The notes under the pieces: generated by a model
Databases searched by the model: none
Seen by the model: the letters and a program-made list of their open reading frames with translations, nothing else
Told to the model about the DNA's origin: nothing
Program-made: the position numbers and the translations under genes
Assembly: GCA_951406725.2 (NCBI GenBank)
Contig: OX597816.1
Span: 8,618,001 to 8,682,000 of the forward strand
From: Octopus vulgaris
Lineage: Eukaryota
DNA length: 64,000 bases
Direction: 5' to 3'
Part shown: positions 53,900-64,000 of the stretch, in pieces
Layout: each line of letters opens with the position of its first letter
How positions within the stretch are numbered: the first letter of the stretch is position 1

Positions 53900-55785
53900 C
53901 AACAAACATGTAAGATATACACAGCGGACTTCTTTCACTTTCCATTTATCAACTCCACTCACAAGGCTTTAGTCGGCTCGAGGCTATAGTAAAAAACACT
54001 TGCTCGTCGTCGGGAAGTAGGTTTCTTACTACACAATTTATTATTGTTATTTATCTTTTTTGAAAACTCGCTGATGTTTACATATTTCAGTGAAAGATGC
54101 ACAAATGGCATAGTAAGTTAGGGTGTTGTAATCACAATCGTCAAATCGTGGATTCGGTTCCCGGACCGGGCAGCGCGTTGTGTCCTTGAGCAAAACAGTT
54201 CATAGCATGTCAGGCTGCAGGTGAGAGCGCGGTAGAATCGTTGGCGTGTCGGCAGATATGCTTTATGAGATATCGTCCAGCTGCCTACATTCTGGGTTCT
54301 AATCCCACCTGACTGGAGAAGGAAACAGGAAACTGTTCCAGTATTAGTCCCAAATCTAGTCATGGAAGTAATCTACTTGACGGTGGAAGTGGGGTAAGGG
54401 CCCTCTCAGGTCATATAGAGAGTGCTGGAGAAAGTTTACATGCACAGGACTTACCAAGGGCAGACAACCGCTCGACTCTTATATTTTACATTTATTTAAA
54501 TTATTTCATTTCGAAGTGTAAGCGTCTAGTTGAACAAGAATCTTCTGATATGGCTCAGGCCAACCAAAACTTTGTGAATGGGTGGGGTTGATGGAAACTG
54601 AAAGAAGCCCTTTGTATGAACATAAACCTGAAAAAAGAAATAAGTACTGAGATTAATTAAATCGACTAAACCCTTTAAGGCAGTGCTCTATCATGGCCAC
54701 ATGTCAATGACTGAAACAAGTAAAAAGATAGCCTCTTCTGGGCGCAATCGGTCCAATGTAGACACCTATACTTTGGCTTCTAGGAGAACCGGGTATGTCA
54801 GGTGATGCGCTGGCAGAGGGAATGGAAAGTAAGTGGGTTCTATGAATAAATGTGTGTTCTTTTATCTTATACTTGTTCACTCATTAGGCTACGGTCATGC
54901 AGTGGGACTGAACTCGGAACCATGTGTTTCAAATATGAGATAGAAGCAGCGCTAGTGTAATAACATTATCAACCACATATACTTAACGTATATATCGGTT
55001 GTTTGCGATTTGACATGGTGGAGAAGACTCTCTCAAAGTGCCGGGTGTTAAAACACCTGAACGTTATGGACAGGCAAGATAAATCCCCTCTAATACCATC
55101 CAGGAGTGATGGACATTGATCCTTCGCCATTTTCGTGGCTTATCAACATCACGTAACCGAACAGGATCTGAGATGGATCATTTCATCAGTTCACGTGCAA
55201 ACTGTGTGGATGTGCCCGGACAATGCATACGAAAAAATAAATTCAGATATGAATTTATTGCATTAACGCTGCTTCCATTTCCTATCAGTAAAGGCAGATA
55301 AAGTAGGCTGAATGTATATTTACATGGAATATTAAATACAGAGTACGGAATGAAGTAAACGGAAGAAGTTATGTAATCGTTTTGTCTCGACAGCTGTTTC
55401 AGGTGCACCACGGCTTATGCCGTAGACACATTCTTATGTAACAAAGGTGCATGATGTCTTAGGGGTGTGTAATAACATAGGTCCGAATTAATTTATTAAG
55501 CAGATCACCTTCATTGGAAGGAAGATTCCAAGGTCGTATTTTCATAAGTAAAGGTTTATAGAAAACACAATAGAGGTACTAAGGAAAATGTTCGAGGGAG
55601 GATAAGAAACGGTTAACGAGGTGGGGAGATTAAAGAGGAATTAGCAGAATGAAACTCAGAGAGAGGAGGGATAAAGACTATTGTGCTCGCCTTAGAGTTG
55701 TTAGGTAGTTTGTTAAACAATACAGAAAAAAGGAGAGGCAACAGTAGCAAACGTCATTAAGGAGAAAGCAGGTTATAAAGGAAGA

Positions 55786-56823
55786 AAGACGGCGAACTGG
55801 CAGAAACGTTAGCACGCCGGGCGAAATGCTTAGCAACATTTCGACTGCCGCTACGTTCTGAGTTCAAATTCCGCCGAGGTCGACTTTGCCTTTCATCCTT
55901 TCGGGGTCGATTAAATAAGTACCAGTTAGTAAAGGGACAAGCTAGTTTGTACAGTAAAAATTATGACGATTTCATGTAGTTGGAGAAAGTTTCGTAGCAT
56001 TTGTGATAACATTCAATGGGGTTGATATAATCGACTTAATCCATTTGTCTGTCCTTGTTTGTCCCCTCTGTATTAAGCCCCTTGTGGGTAGTAAAGAAAT
56101 AGGTATTTCATCTGCCTTTACGTTCTGAGTTCAAATTCCGCCAAAGTCGACTTTGCTTTTCATCCTTTCGGGGTCGATTAAATAAGTACCAGTTACGCAC
56201 TGGGGTCGATATAATCGACTTAATCCATTTGTCTGTCCTTGGTTGTCCCCTCTGTATTTAGCCCCTTGTGGGTAATAAAGAAATAGGTATTTCATCTGCC
56301 TTTACGTTGTGAGTTCAAATTCCGCCGAGGTCGACTTTGCTTTTCATCCTTTCAGGGTCGATTAAATAAGTACCAGTTACGCACTAGGGTCGATGTAATC
56401 TACTTAATCCATTTGTCTGTCCTTGGTTGTCCCCTCTGTATTTAGCCCCTTGTGGGTAGTAAAGAAATAGGTATTTCATCTGCCTTTACGTTCTGAGTTC
56501 AAATTCCGCCGAGGTCGACTTTGCTTTTCATCCTTTCAGGGTCGATTAAATAAGTACCAGTTACGCACTAGGGTCGATGTAATCGACTTAATCCATTTGT
56601 CTGTCCTTGGTTGTCCCCTCTGTATTTAGCCCCTTGTGGGTAGTAAAGAAATAGGTATTTCATCTGCCTTTACGTTCTGAGTTCAAATTCCGCCGAGGTC
56701 GACTTTGCTTTTCATCCTTTCAGGGTCGATTAAATAAGTACCAGTTACGCACTGGGATCGATGCAATCGACTTAATCCGTTTGTCCCGTCTGTGTTTAGC
56801 CCCTTGTGGGTAGTAAAAGAAAT
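55786..56823 (+). mobile_element. Head-to-tail SINE (family B) concatemer with a 184-bp period
   Basis: Units restart at 56102, 56286, 56470 and 56654; one 16-bp TSD aggttataaaggaaga at 55770-55785 and 56824-56839. Confidence 0.92.
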
Positions 56824-57102
56824 AGGTTATAAAGGAAGATAGATAAAAGTAAATAAAGCCGCGGGTGAAGGAGGCGCGTCGGTAAGAGAGAAGGTGAGTG
56901 TTAGAGAATTACGATTAGTAAAGGTGGAAGCTAGTTTGTGCAGTAAAAATTGTGACGATTTCATGGAGTTGGAGAAAGTTTTGTAGCATTTGTGATAACA
57001 TTCAAAAATTATGTCAGAGAATCGATTTAGCTTCGAAGTCTTGTTGTGGCGAAATATAGTGAGCGGCACGTGGCAACATACTGGACAAACGCACCAATCT
57101 GC

Positions 57103-57888
57103 TGTCCGAGGAATTCCGCTGCCAACTATGGAACAGGACAGATTATAGAGTATGTCCTTATAGGGTATGTGGATTGCGAGGAATGTAGAAAACGAGGTAA
57201 ATTTTCAGATTAACAGGTGTGCACGTTAGCGTTGCTTAAAATGAATCGTGGTTCCGATGTAAAACCTGTAATGACGTGGGCATATGGTTGTAACTATACA
57301 TTTAAGCACATTATAGTACAAGCAATTCGTTCAATGGACACTTTTGGAGCATCCCTATCTGCCGAACCAAATTTAAGCTAATCTAGACTTAACTCTTGTT
57401 TTTTTAGATTTTTAAGCTCCTTTAGAGTGAATGAATTCCCATCCCTTGGATAATTTCAGTTTTTGACTTTGAGCCCTACAATTTCTGATTTGTACTTAAA
57501 AAAAAAAAAGACTTCTTCCAGGGGAGACTAATCTTTATAAACTACTTGTCTGGGTTATCTCCCCTGGTTATTCTTTTTTTGATTTTTTAAATTCAATACC
57601 TATTTCTTTACTATCCACAAGGGGCTAAAGACAGAGAGGACAAACAAACGGATTAAGTCGATTATATCGACCTCAGTGCATAACTGGTACTTAATTTATC
57701 GACCCCGAAAGGATGAAAGGCAAAGTCGACCTTGGCGGAATTTGAACTCAGAACGTAACGGCAGACGAAATACCGCTGAGCATTTCGCCCGGCGTGCTAA
57801 CGTTTCTGCCAGCTCGCAATACCCTTTAATTACATTCTAAGCAGAAGTTTTCAACAGGTAGTTTGTATAGGTGAGATCTAGGTACAGG
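57103..57888 (-). repeat. Inverted copy of 22890-23433 (with a SINE inserted at 57601-57816), fused to the right arm
   Basis: tgtccgaggaattccgct...gatctaggtacagg is the reverse complement of cctgtaacctagatc...agcggaattcctcggaca. The SINE is flanked by TSD caatacc. Confidence 0.93.
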
Positions 57889-60800
57889 AGGTCAACCATT
57901 CTCTGTTGTTCTCTCCTCTTACTTTTCCTCTTCCTTTTCAAAACCAACGTCACCCAACGACTTCGTTAAAACGACGACGATGACGGCGAAGGCGGCGACG
58001 AACTCGCGACGGGGTTGGCGGAACGCAACGCTCACGTGTCACACCGAGTCGTGACGTAAGGGAAACGTCAATGACGTCAGTGTCCGTTTCCGTTCAAAGC
58101 AACGTCCATATTTGTTTCTCGACGTTAAAATGGGGCACGTTACCGTCTTCAGGCGCAAACCACAATTCTTACCATGCTTTCATCAAACTTTTCCTATCCT
58201 TTAAAACACTCTTTCCCTTTTTTTTTTTTTCTCGCCATATTTTCTTTTCTCCCGATTTCTTTCAAAAACGTCGACCTTAAAGAAAAAAAATTAACAACAA
58301 AACCTCCACAAACAAACAAAAAAAGACACCATTCTCCCTCAAATCTCTTAGAATTTCACGACATTATTTTATAATCACACACAAAATATACCTACACCAC
58401 TTAACAAAGTAATAAATATATGATATAATCGCTTAAATTTCCGCAAAATCGATCGATCGAACTTTGCTAAGTTCTTTCATGACAACGTGACTTTTCCTCT
58501 CTCCCAACTGTTGTACGATAATAGTTTCCCCTCTCCTCTGTGTGGGTGGGCACATTTATATATACATATATCTATATCTATATATATATATGGTCATTGC
58601 AGCATTCTCTCTCTCTGGTCAGTGTTGTTATTGAAGTTATGGAGGCAAGACAATAGAATCAATGATGTACCCACATATATATATTCCTTCTTCCTCTCTA
58701 TATTATATGTTACCACCCTATTTGGTTTCATCCGTTATTTCCGTCTTCCCCACGAATCCTCACTAATCTCCGTCCCTGCTGCTCACCTGGTTTCTACCTG
58801 TCATACTTTTAATCAAAGGTGGGTATAAAACCAAGTTTTTTCTTTCTTTGTTCTTCATATAACACACACACACACACACACACATGCAATTACTATTATT
58901 ATTATTATTATTATTATTTATTGTTTGTATTATTTTCCGTTATGTTCTTCTTATTGATACAGCATGCCTTTAATCGAAAAGTCTCTCCATCCATGACCTT
59001 CTCGTCGTTGCATATCAAATAATAATTTCCGATTTAGGGACAAGGGCCTCAGTTTTCAGGGATGCTGGGGGAGAGGGATTGATGTCGACGTCGGTGGAGT
59101 TTGAACTGGGAACGTAAAGACCCGGAGGTAACACTGCAAAGATCTAAACGGATTCTGCAGGTTCGCCACCTTCATAATAATAATAATAATAACAATAATT
59201 ATTTCTACGAATAGACAAGGCCTGACATTTTATGGGGAGGTGGTTAGTGGATTAGATCGATCCCAGTACTTGACTTACTTATTTAATCGACCCATGAAAG
59301 ACAAAAGTCAAGTCTGGGATTTGATCTGAGAACCTAAAGAACTGCAACAAATATCGCTCAGCATTTTCCCCCACCCCCGGGGCTTTAGAACACAACTCGT
59401 CGGAAAAGGATGAAAGGTGATGGTAGGAGCAAAAGAACCGCAATAAGTCAAGTAAAGACAGCAATTATACTCGTATAGTCCACCAAAATACTTGTATAGT
59501 TCACAATAAAATATGTTATTCGGTGTCCTACGGTAAGAGTTTCGTTTGAGGGAGATTTAGCTACTCTTTTGTAGCAGGTAAGTCACCCCGAACGCATCCG
59601 TATGTCATCGACCTGTGCTTTGCGAACGTGATCTTTCTTTACTAAACACATTTAGAGAATTTGGTTATATTTGGCTCTTAAAACTTTTGTCTAGATATAT
59701 TTTTATAACAACAATAATAATTCGTTCTGATCTTGGCACAAATCCAACAATTTCCAGAAAAGGGGACAGATGGTTACACCGACCCCGGGACTTGACTGCT
59801 ATTTCATTTTATCGTCCCGGAAAGGACGAAAGACAGAGTTGTGCAACAACAACAACAACAACAATAAATGTGCAAGCAAGCACTTGTTACCTTCACACCT
59901 ATCATGGAATTTAGACAACTCTTCTTCTGCCTAGAGTTGTGTTTTCTTCCTGTCTGCTTCCTCACCTAGAAATGAGAAATAACAGTTGTTATTTCTAACA
60001 CAGGCAGAAGGCCAGAATTTTTTTCTTTTTTTTTTCTTTTGCAGGAAAGGTAGCAGTTGTTTATAGCACTTTATTTTATTGACCCAGAAAGTAGGGAAAA
60101 AACAAATTTGAGACATGGGCTGGATTTGAACATAAAAAAGCAGAATAAACTACCGGAGAGTAACCGTAAGGGTCAAACTAAAGCGTTTTTAGCCCGTTAT
60201 AAAAAGAAAATTATAAAAGTGATAATGATTTCAACTGGCAACAAAAGACCGTATTTTTTAAACCTAAGTTTTGACAAAAATAGGTTCCTTATACACGTTA
60301 AAATACGGTAATATGTTGATATCAGTGCTTTGCTGGAATTTATTTTATGAAAGGCGAAATGCTTAGCAGTATTTCGTCTGTCTTTTATGTTCTGAGTTCA
60401 AATTCCGCCGTGGTCGACTTTGCCTTGTATCCTTTTGGGGTCGATAAGTACCAGTTGCGCACTGGAGTCGATCTAAACGACTGGCCCCCTCTCCAAAAAT
60501 TTCAGTCCTTCTGCCTAGATTAGAAAAGATATTTATCTTATGAAACCCTAGAAGGGTGACTGCAAAAAGCCTGCCTTGGTAGTATTTGAACTAAGAACCA
60601 GGGAAAGAGCCAAAAGAAATGCCACTAAGCGATTTGTCTGACATGCTAAAGATTTTTTTGCTAGTTTGCCAATTAATAATAATACTGTATGCCCTGGTGC
60701 AGTACCAGGCTGTGGTTCTCATGGCTTCTGATCATAATTGATTGGAAGTGTTAACATGTACATGTTTTATCTTGATGTAAAAGATGGGCTACAGCAAATA

Positions 60801-61608
60801 TTCTGCTCAATACCACAGATCTGCTTGTCAGCTGCTTAACTATAACCAGTTGTGCATGTCACCTAATGGCTGATGCTATGTGCATCTCTTATCACAAGCA
60901 GAAATAGTGGGGAAGCCTCATAACCATGTGTTGAGAAGTGTTTCACCCATCGTCCTTAACCCTTATTCAGGGATGTTTTAAGCAGGATGAACTCGACCTG
61001 AAGAAAATTATAAGTGGGTTCCACCTGTGAGGTCATGTGCTGTTCATCTTGATATGAGGTCACCATGTCACACATATGGTTTTTATGTATGTGCCTGGTG
61101 TATCCTTATCAGATAGTATATTGGGCTTCGTATATTTGTACCCCACCGTCACTTTTATCGCATGCATTGCTCTCATCGTCATAATAATAATTTTAAAATT
61201 TTGGCACAAGGCCAGGAATTTTAGAGATAGAGAATAAATCAATTGAATTGACTCCAAGTTCTTCACTGGTACTTATTATCGACCCCAAAACAAGGATGGG
61301 CAGATCTTGTATGCTATGTTCCTTTAATGCCCTAAACATTTTCCCCTTGAATATGCTGTGCATCTTTTATACCATCAATTATGGTAATTCCTGTATTGCC
61401 ATGTAGTCCAGCACGGTTCTTGCTTCACACTTTCTTTAACTGCATTTTAACAAGTAGCCTGTCTGTGTATTCCTATAAATTTTCAATATAATCAAGATTT
61501 TCAAAGTATTTAGTGAAAAACCTGTAAATTTATGTATTGGTATGTATATATTATGTTGGTGTTGACCAATTGAAATCTCATGTAATTAGGTTTCTATTTA
61601 AACACTTT

Positions 61609-63237
61609 GCTCCTGGGAGCTCCTCTATGCTGATGACCTGGCTCTCATAGCAGAATCACTACCGGAACTAGAAAAGAAATTTCGGGTTTGGAAGCAAGGG
61701 TTAGAATCAAAGGGCCTTAGAGTAAATGTAGCAAAGACCAAAGTTATAGTAAGCAGAAAGGCGAACTCAGCACACACCCCTTCGGGCAGGTGGCCCTGCT
61801 CGATTTGTAGGAAAGGTGTAGGTAGAAACTCCATAAGATGTACCCAGTGTAAGCTATGGACGCATAAGAGGTGCAGCAACATCAAAGGGAAATTAACTGA
61901 TAAGATAGCTTTCATGTGCAGCAGATGCACAGGGACAATAGACACCACAGATACTCAGAAAACAGATTCCATCACACTCCAGGGGGAGAAACTAGAAGTA
62001 GTTGATAGTTTCCGCTACCTGGGTGACCAAGTTAGTAGTGGAGGTTAGCACGCCGGGCGAAATGCTTAGCGGTATTTTGTCTGCGTTACGTTGTGAGTTC
62101 AAATTCCGCCGAGGTCGACTTTGCCTTTCATCCTTTCGGGGTCGATAAATTAAGTACCAGTTATGCACTGGGGTTGATGTAATCGACTTAATACCTATGT
62201 CTGTCCTTGTTTGTCCCCTCTGTGTTTAGCCCCTTGTGGGTAATAAAGAAATAGGAGGTGGATGCTCAGAGAGTGTCACCACTAGAATACGAATAGCCTG
62301 GGCAAAGTTTAGAAAGCTCCTACCCCTACTGGCGACAAAGGGTCTCTCGCTCAGAGTGAAAGGTAGATTGTATGATGCATGTGTGCAAACTGCCATGCTT
62401 CACAGTAGTGAAACATGGGCCTTGACTGCAGAGGACATGCGTAGACTTGAAAGAAATGAAGCTAGCATGATCCGCTGGATGTGTAAAGAAGTGCCGCTCC
62501 CAAACAGTTGAAGGTATCAGGGAGAGAGGTAGACCCAGGAAGACATGGGATGAGGTAGTCAAGAATGACCTCAGAGCGTTGGGCCTCATAGAGGCAATGG
62601 CGAAGGACCGAGATCTCTGGAGATATGCTGTGACTGCAAAGACCCGGGCTGCTTCCTGCACCAGTTCTGCATAGCCGCTGCCCATTCAAAGTACCTTGGA
62701 TTCCAGAACATCCCGCTGTGCTTGAGGAGACCTATTGAGTCAATTACATGAACATCGAAATAAATATCAATGGAAATAGTAGTTGTGATACTTGTGCCAG
62801 TGGCACATAAAAAGCACCATCCGAACGTGGCCGATGCCAGCGCCGCGTTGACTGGCTTCTGTGCTGGTGGCACATAAAAAGCACCATCCGAACGTGGCCG
62901 ATGCCAGCCCCGCGTTGACTGGCTTCTGTGCCGGCGGCACATAAAAAGCACCATCTGAATGTGGCCGATGCCAGCGCCACCTTGACTGACTTCCGTGTCA
63001 GTGGCACGTTAAAAGCACCAACTGATTGTGGCCGATGCCAGACTCCCCTGGCACCTGTGCTGGTGGCACGTAAAAAGCTCCCACTACACTCGCGGAGTGG
63101 TTGGCGTTAGGAAGGGCATCCAGCTGTAGAAACACTGCTAGATCAGACTGGAGACTGGTGCAGCCCCTGGCTTCCCAGACCCCGGTCAAACCGTCCAACC
63201 CGTGCTAGCGCGGAAAACGGACATTAAATTATGATGA
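61609..63237 (+). mobile_element. 5'-truncated RTE-type LINE (YADD, PHD-like finger, thumb region, 3' UTR with ~67-bp tandem units, (GAT)n tail)
   Basis: LLYADDLALIAES...FRYLGD...RIRIAWAKFRKL...RGRPRKTW. Absent from the left arm, whose empty site is at ~47990. Confidence 0.92.
62046..62253 (+). mobile_element. SINE (family B) nested in the RTE ORF
   Basis: TSD ggaggt at 62040-62045 and 62254-62259; the RTE reading frame resumes across it. Confidence 0.9.
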
Positions 63238-64000
63238 TGATACCAAACCATCTGACATTGCCCATGGCTTTATGTTACAGACTTCCCATTTAAAATCATC
63301 TAAGTTAAAACTTTCCATTAAAATTTAATGTTAATTTATGTTGGCAACATCAACTTGAAGTTAATTCATTAAATTCTTTGTTATTTGATAAAAAGTTAAC
63401 GTGTAAAGTGAAACAATGAATTTCAATAGAAATGTGGTAACACAAGGGTCAAATACCTCAGTATTGTCTTAGAAACAAGATTGCTGATTAAATGCATAAA
63501 AGGATAAATTGTCTTCATTTAGAGCATGGACTAATGTCTTAGGATAACCTCTATGAAGACTGTTAAGCCATCATCATCATTGTCTTTTCTTGTCTTGAGA
63601 CAGCATTCACCCGGGGTGGGTTGAGCTGGCTTCATTTATCCTCAATGCTGCATCTCTCACAAACGCTGACCAGACCTGGCGATTTGAGGCTAACGACCGC
63701 GTGATCTCCAACCACTCCTTATTCCAGCGGTGAATGCCATAGATATGGGGTCTAGGTTGGGTTCCAGATCAGCCTTGACTGTCATCAGCCAGGTTTTTCA
63801 TTGTCCACTACATCACTTTCGCCAACCCTGAAGGGGAGCTCTGGGGCAATTGCTTTGTAGATGAATTCTCCTGGTTGGTGACGGAGGGCATGACCCAGCC
63901 AACGCAGCCAATGTCTCGTTAGAATGACTTGTCGGAGGGAGGTGATTCTGCACTGGTGTCGCACCGAATTGTTGGAGACAAAGTGATGCCATCGGACATG

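Larger units (their letters stand above)
57886..64000 (+). repeat. Right arm of an inverted segmental duplication (mirror of 47233-52939), including a second copy of the GMEB-like promoter; runs off the window
   Basis: Collinear reverse-complement match throughout. Twin ORFs: 52536..52754(-)/58071..58280(+), 51995..52285(-)/58487..58828(+), 50907..51266(-)/59615..59914(+). The last bases of the window match 47233 onward. Confidence 0.96.

Noticed and set aside
56102-56823. Regular array that could be mistaken for CRISPR
   Set aside because: Contiguous 184-bp SINE units with no unique spacers, no cas genes, and a eukaryotic context.

Overview
AT-rich, intron-rich animal DNA, not prokaryotic. 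The repeat landscape (tRNA-headed SINEs, RTE/CR1 LINEs, mariner/piggyBac/hAT/Helitron MITEs, long (TA)n/(CAT)n tracts) looks like an Octopus genome; that is pattern recognition, not a search result. I spliced two minus-strand multi-exon genes by hand, with GT-AG boundaries and consistent phases. One is nucleoporin NUP35/Nup53 (9 coding exons, 18604 to 594; the last exon lies off the left edge). The other is a GMEB-family SAND-domain transcription factor (6 coding exons, 45587 to 31067, 419 aa; CpG/ACGT-rich promoter near 52.7 kb). The most striking structure is a large inverted duplication, 47233-52939 mirrored at 57886-64000+. Its start is fused, through a 3-bp CCT microhomology, to an inverted copy of 22890-23433. 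The two ends of a 30-kb unit holding the entire GMEB-like gene are therefore joined to each other, which is the circular-permutation signature expected of duplication through a circular DNA intermediate. Other oddities: a ~775-bp near-perfect intronic palindrome, a SINE concatemer under one TSD that captured flanking DNA, a doubly truncated LINE patch replacing ~180 bp, an RTE ORF2 with an embedded PHD finger, and Penelope-type minimal hammerhead motifs. All coordinates were read by eye; repeat boundaries are approximate.
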